From NCBI GenBank assembly GCA_016197005.1, contig JACPWO010000002.1, forward strand, positions 146,178 through 210,177: a stretch of DNA of 64,000 nt, given 5' to 3'. Shown here piece after piece: positions 36,259 to 46,905 of the stretch. This stretch comes from Candidatus Anderseniibacteriota bacterium. Its GTDB lineage: Bacteria > Patescibacteriota > Andersenbacteria > UBA10190. A program made the position numbers and the translations under genes. The stretch's first letter is position 1, and the number at the start of each line of letters is the position of its first letter. Under the pieces are notes generated by a model, which had not been told where the DNA came from, did no database searches, and worked only from the letters and a program-made list of their open reading frames with translations.

Positions 36259-37038
36259 ATGTTTGACTCTCATGCTCATATAGCGGTTTCCCAATTCGAT
36301 AAGGATCGAGAAGTGGTTATTGAGCGGGCACGTAACGCTGGCCTTTTTGGTTGGCTCGAAGTAGGAACTGACATTGAGCAAAGTCACAAAGCAATTGCTC
36401 TTGCGGAAACGCAAGACGGTGCATACGCAACTGTCGGTGTCCATCCTAGTGATATTGGATCCCTTACGGAAAGCGGCTGGAAGAAAATAGACGAGCTGCT
36501 GTCAAATTCAAAAGTAAAAGCAGTCGGTGAAATTGGGTTGGATTTTTATCGTGGTGGAAATCTTAGTGAGCAGACGGAAGTTCTTCTGCGCTTCCTTGAA
36601 CTAGCACAAAAACATTCTTTGCCCATTGTATTTCACGTACGCAATGGCGAAATGACAGATGCGCACGAAGAATTATTAAAAATACTTAATAATCTTTCGA
36701 CTGACAGAAAACCTAGTGGAGTGATTCATACGTTTAGTGGCAACTTACTTCAGGCGCAGAAATATTTAGAATTGGGATTATATCTTTCATTTTCTGGTGT
36801 AGTGACCTTTAAAAATGCCGGCGCAATTGTTGAGGCTGCAATTAATACTCCGCTTGATCGTATTCTCATTGAAACTGACTGCCCGTTTCTGGCACCGGTG
36901 CCATATCGTGGTAAACGTAATGAGCCAGCGTATGTACAGTACGTAGCAGCGAAAATTGCCGAATTACACCATATTCCTGTGGAAAAAGTGATTGAACACA
37001 CAGATGTCAATGCTCACAAGCTTTTTAATATTCCCTAA
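36259..37038 (+). CDS. tatD: TatD-family metal-dependent DNase/hydrolase
   Basis: MFDSHAHI start. Hx-H...E...H...D TIM-barrel pattern. Confidence 0.85.
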   Translation: MFDSHAHIAVSQFDKDREVVIERARNAGLFGWLEVGTDIEQSHKAIALAETQDGAYATVGVHPSDIGSLTESGWKKIDELLSNSKVKAVGEIGLDFYRGGNLSEQTEVLLRFLELAQKHSLPIVFHVRNGEMTDAHEELLKILNNLSTDRKPSGVIHTFSGNLLQAQKYLELGLYLSFSGVVTFKNAGAIVEAAINTPLDRILIETDCPFLAPVPYRGKRNEPAYVQYVAAKIAELHHIPVEKVIEHTDVNAHKLFNIP

Positions 37039-37211
37039 ATATTCTCTATATAGGGGCGAAGAGGTTTTAATGACCATTATGTTTGTGCAGATTATTTGAC
37101 GACCTGCCAAGAAAGGAGTATCCCGAAAGAAAGGATGTTCCTTGCAATATAAGTAGAAAGCACCTCGTCCAGTTGGACGGATCTATACACTGACTCTGAA
37201 AGGAGTAAGTC

Positions 37212-37682
37212 ATGTTAATAGTAATGCTTGAGGACTATTCCCCGCTGATAATACAGCGACGGGCTGAACTTGAGGCAGCGGGACACCGGGTTGTCGTCGC
37301 GACTACAATCACCAAAGGGTATGAAGTTTATGGTTGTTATTGCGGAGAGCCGGGAATCATTACGTTTGACTTTTCTATGCCAAGACAAGCGGGCGAAATA
37401 AAGCTTGGCAACACTCTGTCTTTGATTCAACGGGCTTTCCTTGAGTTTAGTACCGGGCAAAGCCGTCTGTACCCAGTGGCAGCAAGTTCACTGGCTGAAG
37501 CTCGTCTTCAGCAAAAGAAAGCAGGCTGCCTCCTGGTAATTTCAGATGTCAGATCTTATGGAAGTGAGGTCATTGCCTGCGCTGAGCGCTTGCCACTCAT
37601 TTCCACACGGATGCACCAGCTACAAATGCTTGCAGAAGGAGTGCCTAATCTGATCTGCTCTCAGCCAACAATTCATTGTTGA
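37212..37682 (+). CDS. stand-alone response-regulator receiver (CheY-like) domain protein
   Basis: MLIVMLEDYSPL (acidic pocket) and ITFDFSMPRQAG (phospho-acceptor Asp region). AAGGAG Shine-Dalgarno 7 nt upstream. Confidence 0.4.
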   Translation: MLIVMLEDYSPLIIQRRAELEAAGHRVVVATTITKGYEVYGCYCGEPGIITFDFSMPRQAGEIKLGNTLSLIQRAFLEFSTGQSRLYPVAASSLAEARLQQKKAGCLLVISDVRSYGSEVIACAERLPLISTRMHQLQMLAEGVPNLICSQPTIHC

Positions 37683-37762
37683 TTATATACCGCGTTTTCT
37701 TACTTGAGATCTCGCGGTTTTTTATACTTGCCACCTTCTCCTCAATGCTCGATTCTACATAT

Positions 37763-40153
37763 ATGCCATACAATCCCACAGAGATAGAAAAGAAGTGGCA
37801 GAAGTACTGGAAAGACCAGAGTATTTTTACGACTGAAGATAATACGGAAAAGCCAAAGAAATACATCTTGGATATGTTCCCATATCCTTCTGGTAGTGGT
37901 TTACACGTCGGTCACCCAAAAGGATATATTGCCACGGATATTTTTTCTCGATATTACCGCATGTGTGGCTATCGCGTACTTCATCCTATGGGGTGGGATG
38001 CATTTGGCTTGCCAGCTGAAAACTATGCTATTGCTAACAAGGTTCATCCGAGAGTGGCGGTAGAGAAGAACGTTCAACGTTTTAAGGAGCAGCTTGAGAT
38101 CATTGGTTTTGACTATGATTGGGACAGAGAAATAAATACGACTGACCCACAGTATTACAAATGGACACAGTGGATTTTCCTACAGCTATTGAAAGCTGGG
38201 CTGGCCTATGAGTCCCATGAGCCCATTAATTGGTGTCCGGTAGATAAAACGGGACTTGCTAATGAAGATGTTGAAAATGGTCGGTGCGAACGCTGTGGAG
38301 CGTTAGTGGAGCTGCGTCCCATGCGACAGTGGGTGCTTAAGATTCGTGATTACGCTGAAAAATTGATCGACGGATTAGAAGAGCTAGATTGGCCACACTC
38401 CATTAAAGAGTCTCAACGTAACTGGATTGGGCGATCAGAAGGTGCGCTGATTACATTTAAAGCGTCGAATATTGATCTATCAGTGTTTACTACCCGCCCA
38501 GATACAATATTTGGAGTTACGTATATGGTAATTGCTCCGGAACATGAATTAGTGGAGAGATTACTTGTATCGAAAGCAGTGAAAAATGCGGAAGAAGTAA
38601 GGGAATATGTCGAGCAGACAAAAAACAAATCCGAATTGCAGCGTAAAGAAGACGAGAAGGAAAAAACGGGAGTTGAAATTAAGGGAATACAAATAACCAA
38701 TCCAGCCACGGGTGAAAAGGTTCCAGTTTTCGTTGCCGACTACGTTCTTATGGGGTATGGCACCGGCGCGATTATGGCCGTACCGGCTCATGATGAGCGA
38801 GATTTTGCATTCGCGAAAAAATATAACCTGCCTATCAGAGAAGTGATATCTGCTGGTGAATTACCTTCTATTGCTGATGGAAAACTTGTTAACTCGGGAG
38901 AATTTAATGGACTGCCTAGCGAAGAAGCAAAAAAGAAAATTACGCAGTGGTTACAAGAAAAAGGAATCGGTGAAGCGAAAGTAGATTACAAGCTTCGTGA
39001 TTGGGTATTTTCTCGTCAGCGGTATTGGGGTGAGCCAATTCCTATAATTCATTGCGAAACATGCGGTGTCGTACCTGTGCCCGAAAAAGATTTACCGGTC
39101 GAATTACCAGCAGTTGAACACTATGAGCCAACCGGTACGGGAGAATCTCCGCTCGCTAACATTGAAGAGTGGGTAAATGTATCTTGTCCGAACTGCAAGG
39201 GGAGTGCGAAGCGAGAAACAAATACTATGCCGCAATGGGCTGGTTCTTCTTGGTACTATCTTAGATATATGGATCCGAAGAATACAGACGTATTAGTAGA
39301 TAAAGAGAAAGAAAAACAATGGATGCCGGTAGATATGTATGTGGGCGGGGCTGAACATGCTACTCGTCATCTCATTTACGCCCGCTTTTGGCACCGCTTT
39401 TTGTATGACCAGGGGTATGTAAGTACGTCGGAGCCATTTATGCGGTTGCAACATGTTGGCCTTATTTCTGGAGAAGACGGACGTAAAATGAGTAAACGTT
39501 GGGGTAATGTCATTAACCCCGATGATGTGGTACACGAGTACGGTGCCGATACACTGCGGGTATATGAAATGTTTATGGGGCCATTTAGCAGCGGCGCAAT
39601 GTGGAGTACGGCTAGTATTAGGGGGGCAAGACGGTTCTTAGAACGAATCTGGGAAATTGCCGAAAAGCCTATTAACAAAGAAGAGGTTTCTGATGAAGTA
39701 AATCTAGCGTTGCATCGAACTATAAAGCGCGTAACCGAGGGGATTGAGCAATTCAGATTTAATACTGGCATTGCCGCCATGATGGAATTAGTAAACGTGC
39801 TTGAGAAAAAAGATTTTTCACGAGAAGTTATACAAAACTTTATTCTCATTCTCTCTCCCTTCGCCCCACATATTGCTGAGGAGTTATGGCAAAAGATGGG
39901 AAATACAGAATCAATTGCATACCATCCTTGGCCGAAATATGACGGAAAATTACTGTCTGAAGCGGATGTCACTATTCCTATTCAAATAAATGGAAAGGTA
40001 CGTGGGGAACTGACGGTTGCCGCTGGTGCCGATCAAGGAACTGTGGAGAGCAAAGCCAGAGAATTACCTAATGTTCAAAAACATCTAGAGGGTAAAGAAG
40101 TTCGCAAAGTTATTTACGTTCAGGATCGATTGCTCAATATAGTAGTGAGCTAG
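37763..40153 (+). CDS. leuS: leucyl-tRNA synthetase
   Basis: MPYNPTEIEKKWQKYW start. HVGHPKGY (HIGH). KMSKRWGN (KMSKS). Start trimmed to ATG 37763. Confidence 0.9.
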   Translation: MPYNPTEIEKKWQKYWKDQSIFTTEDNTEKPKKYILDMFPYPSGSGLHVGHPKGYIATDIFSRYYRMCGYRVLHPMGWDAFGLPAENYAIANKVHPRVAVEKNVQRFKEQLEIIGFDYDWDREINTTDPQYYKWTQWIFLQLLKAGLAYESHEPINWCPVDKTGLANEDVENGRCERCGALVELRPMRQWVLKIRDYAEKLIDGLEELDWPHSIKESQRNWIGRSEGALITFKASNIDLSVFTTRPDTIFGVTYMVIAPEHELVERLLVSKAVKNAEEVREYVEQTKNKSELQRKEDEKEKTGVEIKGIQITNPATGEKVPVFVADYVLMGYGTGAIMAVPAHDERDFAFAKKYNLPIREVISAGELPSIADGKLVNSGEFNGLPSEEAKKKITQWLQEKGIGEAKVDYKLRDWVFSRQRYWGEPIPIIHCETCGVVPVPEKDLPVELPAVEHYEPTGTGESPLANIEEWVNVSCPNCKGSAKRETNTMPQWAGSSWYYLRYMDPKNTDVLVDKEKEKQWMPVDMYVGGAEHATRHLIYARFWHRFLYDQGYVSTSEPFMRLQHVGLISGEDGRKMSKRWGNVINPDDVVHEYGADTLRVYEMFMGPFSSGAMWSTASIRGARRFLERIWEIAEKPINKEEVSDEVNLALHRTIKRVTEGIEQFRFNTGIAAMMELVNVLEKKDFSREVIQNFILILSPFAPHIAEELWQKMGNTESIAYHPWPKYDGKLLSEADVTIPIQINGKVRGELTVAAGADQGTVESKARELPNVQKHLEGKEVRKVIYVQDRLLNIVVS

Positions 40154-40191
40154 CGGAGCATCATCTAGTGCGAGGTGCTATTATTTCTTCT

Positions 40192-43100
40192 ATGCCTTCC
40201 GTAGGCTCTCGTTTTCGTATACGCAGGCGCAGATCTCCATTTGCCGCTGTGCTTCCAGCCGCTCGATCATTCCTTACGTTTGGTCTGGTTATGGCAATGC
40301 TGGTAAGTATTTATCAGCACTTTACTTCTCCTTGGGAAGTAGGTGCTTTGGAGTTTACGCCGCATGTGGTGGGTTCGGAGGGTGAAGCTAGTGGTATTCT
40401 CGGTATCGACTCAGCGGACATGGATGGTGATGGGGATATAGATATCGTTACGGCAGGGAATGATGGAATTAAAGTGTATGAACAAGACGGTAAAGGCCGA
40501 GAAACATATACTTCAAAAATTATTGATGACCAAGATGGCATTCACATTCAGATCATTGATTTTAACGACGATGATAACCCTGACATTTTAGTCACGCTTG
40601 CTGGTTCATCGAGTGTGAAGTGGTACAAGAACGAAGGCGGTCTCGAATTCAGCGGCGCCTTTATTGGTACTGGCAGTAACGGCCAGGCCTTTGGAATTGA
40701 TTTAGATAGCGATGGTGACAACGACATTGTTGTTGCTGCTTCGGAAAGTGAAACATATGTCATGCGGGCGTGGTTTAACGATGGCACTGGATCTTTTGCG
40801 TCTACAACTATTACCTCAAGTGGCGATCCAACAGTAACGGCGATAGGAGCAGGAGATTTTGATGGGGAAGGCTATCCTGACATTGCTGTTTCCGGAAGTG
40901 GTGGTATTAAAGTATTCGATACCGCTGATGGGTCTACCTGGACTCGCTATGACGTAGATACAGATAATACTGATCACACCTATCTTGTGGTAGCAGATGT
41001 AAATAGTGATGAGAAGCCAGATATTACACTGACCCGACAGAATGGTGATGCTATTGAATATTATCGCTACAGTGGTGTAAATGAGTTTGAGAAAAATACA
41101 GTCGATACAGATATCGATGCCACCATTGTTCGCGTATCAGATCTGGATGAAGACGGCGACGAAGATTTAATTGTTACTGCCCAAGATGATAACACTATCT
41201 TTTGGTACGAAAATAACGGCGAAGAAGAATTTACTCAAAGAACACTAGCCAGCGACGTTACAACCGTGTTCGGTGTAACCACTGACGATTTTGATGGTGA
41301 TGGCGATTTAGATTTTGCGGCTGGTAACCATGCCGAAGGCACTATTCTGTGGTATGAACAGACACTCTCAAAGCCGGTTGCTACTGTTCCTTCTAATATT
41401 CGTCAGACAACTGATGGCGCAGGGCGCGTTACGTTTGATACTATCGTCTCTGATGACGATTTTGAGCAAACGCGCCTGCGCATTCAATATTCAACCGATG
41501 GTACTACCTGGCACAAGCCATGGCTGCTGCGTGTAACACCAGCTAAGGGTTCGGTTGATCTTAAAAATAGCAATGGATACCAAGTTGGTACGAGCAACGG
41601 TATAGATACTGACGATAACGCATCCGTAAAACTAACGCTGTTATGGGATACAAAGAGTTCAGAAAATACCGGCGGACCAATAAAGGGGGACGTCAATACG
41701 GTGCAACTACGAATAATTCCCAATGATGGAAATGGCAACGGAGATACGGTAGTAAGCTCAAAGTTTAGAGTAGATAACAGCGGTCCCAGCGGTCTTTCTG
41801 GTCTTACGGTTACGGGTACTTCGGAGACTTCAGTTGCCTTGTCCTGGAACAAACCAACAGATAGCTCGACCTATGTGTATCAGATTTTTTATGGTACCGA
41901 TCACGCCGCTGTGCTCGAACAACGAGCTACGGCGTGGGATGAGGACGATGATGCTGACATGAATGACATCGAAGCTACGTCTACTACCATAACGGGCCTT
42001 ACTCAAAATACGACCTATACATTTAAGATTTTTGCTACGGACGCATTCGGTAATATTGCAGCTGCGCCTAGTGTTCGTGGTACTGCACATTCTACTATCC
42101 CAACTCCAACACCCACTGCGGCGACAATAACTCCTACCCCGACGTTAGCTCCGGGTGCTACGCCACCGCCAGCTACCCCCACTCCAACTCCGACGCCAAT
42201 TTCCAGCGAACCGTTGTTTGGCACTCCTACCCCAACCCCTACAGCTACTCCTGGTGTAGAAATCTCTTCAACCCCAACTCCGACAGCGACGCCACCATCG
42301 ACGACGTTTGAAAATGAACCACCAATTGCTGACGCGGGTCTTAATCAGGCAGTGAATCCTTCTGCTCTCGTTATTCTTGATGGTTCAGCTTCAACTGATC
42401 TTGATAACGAACCATTGTCATTTGTCTGGCGACAGTTATCGGGACCCGCGGTTGAGCTTGTCTCGGAGCGTACCGCTACTCCTTCTTTCTCGGCTGGTGA
42501 AGAAAATGAAACATATATTTTTGCACTGACCGTTCGCGACCGATCCGGGGCATCGGCAGGCGACACTGTTACAGTTGCAGTAAGGCCTTTACCACCCGTT
42601 GCCGGCGTGCCAGTTGAGACCGGCGAAGAACCGGGCGTCGTAACTCCTACTGAATCAACTTCACCTTTTATCCAGCGAATACTATCTCCGCTAGATATTG
42701 GTCTTCTTCTCTTGGCGCTCTTGCTGACGGCTGTATCCCTCCTGGAGCGCGTATTCCGCAGCGTAACGGGCCGAACACTCGGTGAGGAAAGTACTCAAGT
42801 AGAATCTTCGAAAGGAAAAGTTGTGCACTTCAGAACAGGTGAAGCAATCAGTGGAGCACTCGTATTGGTGTATAGCGAAGATGGAAAATTACGATCTCGT
42901 GAGCGAACGAATGCGAAAGGAGAATTTGCGACCCTATTTCCACCAGGGCAATACACGATTGGCGTTCAGTCGGAAAATTTTACGTTCTCACCGGCTGCTT
43001 CACCAACTATTAAACCGGAATCCGGTATTCTCTATTCTGGTGGGAAAATTACAGTACCGACTGCGGGCAAACCGCTCTCAATTGTTATCCCTATGAAGCC

Positions 43101-43623
43101 AACTGGCCGAGAAATTACTGCCCTGCGTACCCGCTTCTTGCATATTTGGCAGGGGACACAACAATGGAGCCGTCTAGCTTCATGGCCGGTATTTATCTTT
43201 GGTTCGCTTCTTAATACCGTTCTCATCTTTCTATCTCCAAGTCCCCTGTATCTTGGTATTGAGGTAGCCTATGTCATCTTGATCATTATCAAGGTTGCGC
43301 TTGAGGTGAGAATGCGACCGGCGTATGGCTTAGTGCGTGATGCCATTACTCATGTTCCCGCTGACTTATCGGTTGTCCGGTTATTTGAACAGGGAACAAA
43401 CAGGTTGGTTATGACTCGAGTGACAGACTCGCAAGGAAAATTCTTTGCACTACCACCAACTGGAACGTATACCGTTACGGTTACTAAATCTGGTTACGCT
43501 ATCTTCTCAAAAGAGAATGTAAAAATTACCTCGGAGCATGACTCTGTTTTGCAGATGACAGCTGATCTTATGCCGGTTGCTCCGCAAAGTGCGCTGGCTC
43601 AAGCACGCACGGCAATTTTGTAA
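40192..43623 (+). CDS. giant multidomain surface protein: seven FG-GAP/VCBS-like beta-propeller blades, FN3, Pro/Thr linker, PKD-like domain, TM segments, two carboxypeptidase-regulatory-like domains
   Basis: Repeated DxDxDGxxD blocks (DMDGDGDIDIVTA, DFNDDDNPDILVT, DLDSDGDNDIVVAA, ...). FN3-like WNKPTDSSTYVYQIFYGTD...TYTFKIFATD. TPTPTPT linker. PKD-like FVWRQLSGPA. Two GxxxxxVxDSQGxFxxLPPGTYT modules. Confidence 0.6.
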   Translation: MPSVGSRFRIRRRRSPFAAVLPAARSFLTFGLVMAMLVSIYQHFTSPWEVGALEFTPHVVGSEGEASGILGIDSADMDGDGDIDIVTAGNDGIKVYEQDGKGRETYTSKIIDDQDGIHIQIIDFNDDDNPDILVTLAGSSSVKWYKNEGGLEFSGAFIGTGSNGQAFGIDLDSDGDNDIVVAASESETYVMRAWFNDGTGSFASTTITSSGDPTVTAIGAGDFDGEGYPDIAVSGSGGIKVFDTADGSTWTRYDVDTDNTDHTYLVVADVNSDEKPDITLTRQNGDAIEYYRYSGVNEFEKNTVDTDIDATIVRVSDLDEDGDEDLIVTAQDDNTIFWYENNGEEEFTQRTLASDVTTVFGVTTDDFDGDGDLDFAAGNHAEGTILWYEQTLSKPVATVPSNIRQTTDGAGRVTFDTIVSDDDFEQTRLRIQYSTDGTTWHKPWLLRVTPAKGSVDLKNSNGYQVGTSNGIDTDDNASVKLTLLWDTKSSENTGGPIKGDVNTVQLRIIPNDGNGNGDTVVSSKFRVDNSGPSGLSGLTVTGTSETSVALSWNKPTDSSTYVYQIFYGTDHAAVLEQRATAWDEDDDADMNDIEATSTTITGLTQNTTYTFKIFATDAFGNIAAAPSVRGTAHSTIPTPTPTAATITPTPTLAPGATPPPATPTPTPTPISSEPLFGTPTPTPTATPGVEISSTPTPTATPPSTTFENEPPIADAGLNQAVNPSALVILDGSASTDLDNEPLSFVWRQLSGPAVELVSERTATPSFSAGEENETYIFALTVRDRSGASAGDTVTVAVRPLPPVAGVPVETGEEPGVVTPTESTSPFIQRILSPLDIGLLLLALLLTAVSLLERVFRSVTGRTLGEESTQVESSKGKVVHFRTGEAISGALVLVYSEDGKLRSRERTNAKGEFATLFPPGQYTIGVQSENFTFSPAASPTIKPESGILYSGGKITVPTAGKPLSIVIPMKPTGREITALRTRFLHIWQGTQQWSRLASWPVFIFGSLLNTVLIFLSPSPLYLGIEVAYVILIIIKVALEVRMRPAYGLVRDAITHVPADLSVVRLFEQGTNRLVMTRVTDSQGKFFALPPTGTYTVTVTKSGYAIFSKENVKITSEHDSVLQMTADLMPVAPQSALAQARTAIL

Positions 43624-43677
43624 TATAAAAATGAAGTTCAGCCTTTTTCTTTTCATACCGTTTGTTACTATCTTTTT

Positions 43678-44370
43678 ATGCAGGCAGTAATCTTAATGGC
43701 CGGTAAGGGTACTCGTTGGGCTAAGTACTACCAAGGTCCAAAACAGCTCACCCCACTTGCTGGAAAACCAGTGCTCGACCATTTGCTCGATGCGCTGCCT
43801 TCAGAGGTAACTGAGTTAGTCTTTATTGTTGGTGGACCTCACGAACCAACCCTTCGGGAATATTTCAAATCAAGGGAACATAATGGCCGGCCTATTACCT
43901 TTATTGTGCAAAAGGAACAGCTGGGATTAGCACATGCCTTTCGAGTTGCGAAGGATATTGTAAAAGGTCGCTGGTTGGGAGCGGTTGCTGATGACATCAT
44001 TGACCCAGCGGGCCTTAAAAAATTATTTGATCACGATCTTTCCATACTTGCCTTCCGAGTTCCAAACCCATCAAGCTTCGGAGTGCTAGTTACTGATGAG
44101 AACCACAACCTCGTCCGTGCAGTAGAAAAGCCAAAGGAGTATATCTCTGATCTCGTGTGGACGGGGCAAATGATTATGGATGAGCGATTTTTCAATATTG
44201 AAATTGAGCCGTCAGCGCGCGGTGAATACGAAACCCCTGATGTTTGGATGAAGTTGATGGCAGAGGGGGCAACAATAAAAGTAGTGGAAGCAGATATGTG
44301 GCTTCCTATAAACGACAAGGATCAACTAATGGCTGCTGAGAAAGTATTGGGATCAGCCACGTCCGATTGA
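43678..44370 (+). CDS. sugar-1-phosphate nucleotidyltransferase
   Basis: MQAVILMAGKGTRW signature of the NTP-transferase fold. Confidence 0.65.
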   Translation: MQAVILMAGKGTRWAKYYQGPKQLTPLAGKPVLDHLLDALPSEVTELVFIVGGPHEPTLREYFKSREHNGRPITFIVQKEQLGLAHAFRVAKDIVKGRWLGAVADDIIDPAGLKKLFDHDLSILAFRVPNPSSFGVLVTDENHNLVRAVEKPKEYISDLVWTGQMIMDERFFNIEIEPSARGEYETPDVWMKLMAEGATIKVVEADMWLPINDKDQLMAAEKVLGSATSD

Positions 44371-45672
44371 GTGATATACGAATCCGAGTTTTTCCATCTC
44401 TGCTGGCTTGAACATGTTGCGACCATCAATGATTACCGGATCTTTCAGAAGTTTAGTGACTTTATCCCAATCTGGTGTTTCAAACTCTTTCCACTCAGTC
44501 ATTATTACCAAGGCATCCGCACCTTTTAGTGCATCATACATATCTTTTTCGTAAGAAACTTTATCTCCCAGTACAAATTTTGCAGTCTCCGTCGCTTCCG
44601 GATCATACGCTTGTATTTTAAATCCTTTCTTTTTAAGTGATTCAACCACTGTGATTGAAGGCGCCTCACGCATGTCGTCAGTATTTGGTTTAAAGGCAAG
44701 TCCCCACATAGCGAGTGTTTTTCCTTTTTTACCGCCCACCGCGTTAGTAATTTTCTTAATAAAAAAGTTGCGAGCTTCTTTGTTGACCGATTCTGTGTCT
44801 TTTAAGAGGTTAAAGTCATATCCATGTTTTTCCGCAATCTTTACGAAAGCCGAAACATCTTTGGGAAAACAGGAACCACCATACCCAACTCCCGCCTTTA
44901 AGAAGCTGCTACCAATGCGTTTATCCATACCAATACCCTTGGCGACGTCATCAATATTTCCACCAGTGAGTTCACAAATTTGAGCGACGGCATTAATGAA
45001 GGAGATCTTGGTGGCGAGGAACGAGTTGCTGGCATATTTAATAAGCTCAGCACTCTTTACGTCAGTAACAAATAACTGCATGGGAAGTGGAGCGTAAATT
45101 TCTCGCATTACTTTCTCGGCTCGTTTGTTTGATACGCCAATAACATGACGATCGCCAGTCATGAAGTCTTCAATGGCTGAGCCCTCACGCAAGAATTCTG
45201 GATTGCTGACAACATCAAAATCTATTTTCTTCTTGTTATGCTTTGCTAGAATCTTCGCCACAAAGTCTCCGGTTGTTGGTGGCACTGTACTTTTGTTTAC
45301 TACAATCTTGTATGCATCTGCTGCCTGAGCAATTTGCGTAGCAGCACCTTCAACATACGAAAGATCGGCGTGACCATCTTTATCTGGGGGAGTTTGGACA
45401 GCAATAAAAATAATGTCAGATTCTTGTACTGCCTTAGCTAAGTCAGTCGTAAAAGAAAGGCGTCCCGCTTTTACGTTTTTCTTAATAAGAGTATCGAGAC
45501 CGGGTTCGTAAATAGGGACGAGGCCACGACGGAGTTTATCGACTGTTTCTTGCTTGCGGTCAACCAAAATAACCTTATGGCCGATATCGGAAAGGCAGGT
45601 TCCAGATACGAGGCCGACGTAGCCAGCGCCAATGAAGGCGAGCTTGTGTCGGAAGTGCTTATGAGTTGGCAT
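44353..45672 (-). CDS. ugd: UDP-glucose 6-dehydrogenase
   Basis: KLAFIGAGYVGLVSGTCLSDIGH Rossmann. GGSCFPKD catalytic Cys block. Confidence 0.85.
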   Translation of the reverse strand: MPTHKHFRHKLAFIGAGYVGLVSGTCLSDIGHKVILVDRKQETVDKLRRGLVPIYEPGLDTLIKKNVKAGRLSFTTDLAKAVQESDIIFIAVQTPPDKDGHADLSYVEGAATQIAQAADAYKIVVNKSTVPPTTGDFVAKILAKHNKKKIDFDVVSNPEFLREGSAIEDFMTGDRHVIGVSNKRAEKVMREIYAPLPMQLFVTDVKSAELIKYASNSFLATKISFINAVAQICELTGGNIDDVAKGIGMDKRIGSSFLKAGVGYGGSCFPKDVSAFVKIAEKHGYDFNLLKDTESVNKEARNFFIKKITNAVGGKKGKTLAMWGLAFKPNTDDMREAPSITVVESLKKKGFKIQAYDPEATETAKFVLGDKVSYEKDMYDALKGADALVIMTEWKEFETPDWDKVTKLLKDPVIIDGRNMFKPAEMEKLGFVYHSIGRG

Positions 45673-45726
45673 TGGTTTCGATTGTTAACTTAAGAATAGA
45701 GGCTGTCAACTGCTATACTATAATGC

Positions 45727-46905
45727 ATGTCGGTATTCGGGTATTCAACTTTGGCTCGCTGGGGTGAGACGTTGTTTCACCTTAAAATGACGCCAGAATT
45801 AAAAGAGCTCTATCTCTTCTCGCTATTGTCTTCCTCTGCCTTTGCCTTAGTTGCTATTTTTGAGCCAGTCTTTTTTTACCAGGAAGGTTTTTCACTTTCT
45901 TTCATTGCTCTCTATTACGCTTTCCATTACACCGTGTATGTTTTTCTGCTGCCACTAGGTGGCATGTTCGCCTCACGCTTTGGAGTGGAGCGTGGTATTT
46001 CACTTTCACTACCATTTTTCGTTTTATATTTTTTGACACTGGCAGCCATCCCATCTAATCACAGTTTTATTTATCTAGCCGGTATTTTACTGACCGTGCA
46101 CAAAATATTTTACTGGCCTTCTTTCCACGCCGATCTCGCAAAGTTTGGTGACAAGGTCAACCGTGGTACCGAACTTTCTTGGATGTCACTCCTTAAAAAC
46201 GGTGTTGGTGTGGTGGGTCCGCTCCTGGGTGGTTTTATAGCGGCAATTTTTGGTTTTCCTGTTTTGTTTATAGCAGTAGCCGTCTTATTACTTCTGTCTG
46301 CATTTCCTTTACTGCGAACGAAAGAAAATTATCATGCCCGCCAAATTACTTACGCTGCGCCTTGGCAGCTAATGGGTCAGCGAAAAAATCGGCGGATGGT
46401 TTTGAGTATGATTGGATGGGGAGAGAACTTTGTTGATCTGGTCTACTGGCCAATTTTTATGTTTATTGTGTTAGGCAGCACAGAACTTTTGGGAGTTGTT
46501 GCTTCTATTACTGTGGCGATGATGACAGCGTTCGGATTTTTTATTGGCGAGATGGCTGACCGATATCCTCGTCGATCGCTTATCCGTCTCCATATCCCTT
46601 TTATGATGGTAGGGCACCTACTGCGCCCTCTATCTGGCGGAATATTTAGATTGTTCTTAACAGAAACGTTTTCTCGCTTAGCGTTTGTGGGTGTACAACT
46701 CCCAACTTTTTACCGACTGTATGAACTATCCCGTCGTAATAGCACGATTACGTACATGGTCGCGATGGAAATGGTGCTGGCCATAACGAAAGCAGTCGTT
46801 GCTTTTACTTTGGCATGGGTGTTTGCCACGCTATTACCTTACGAAGCTTTTTGGGCAGCGTTTGGACTAGCCGCTTTTCTTTCTTTGTTTTACGGGTTTT
46901 TATAG
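45727..46905 (+). CDS. MFS-type transporter
   Basis: 12 predicted TM helices. Start may be at internal MTPELKELYL. Confidence 0.5.
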   Translation: MSVFGYSTLARWGETLFHLKMTPELKELYLFSLLSSSAFALVAIFEPVFFYQEGFSLSFIALYYAFHYTVYVFLLPLGGMFASRFGVERGISLSLPFFVLYFLTLAAIPSNHSFIYLAGILLTVHKIFYWPSFHADLAKFGDKVNRGTELSWMSLLKNGVGVVGPLLGGFIAAIFGFPVLFIAVAVLLLLSAFPLLRTKENYHARQITYAAPWQLMGQRKNRRMVLSMIGWGENFVDLVYWPIFMFIVLGSTELLGVVASITVAMMTAFGFFIGEMADRYPRRSLIRLHIPFMMVGHLLRPLSGGIFRLFLTETFSRLAFVGVQLPTFYRLYELSRRNSTITYMVAMEMVLAITKAVVAFTLAWVFATLLPYEAFWAAFGLAAFLSLFYGFL

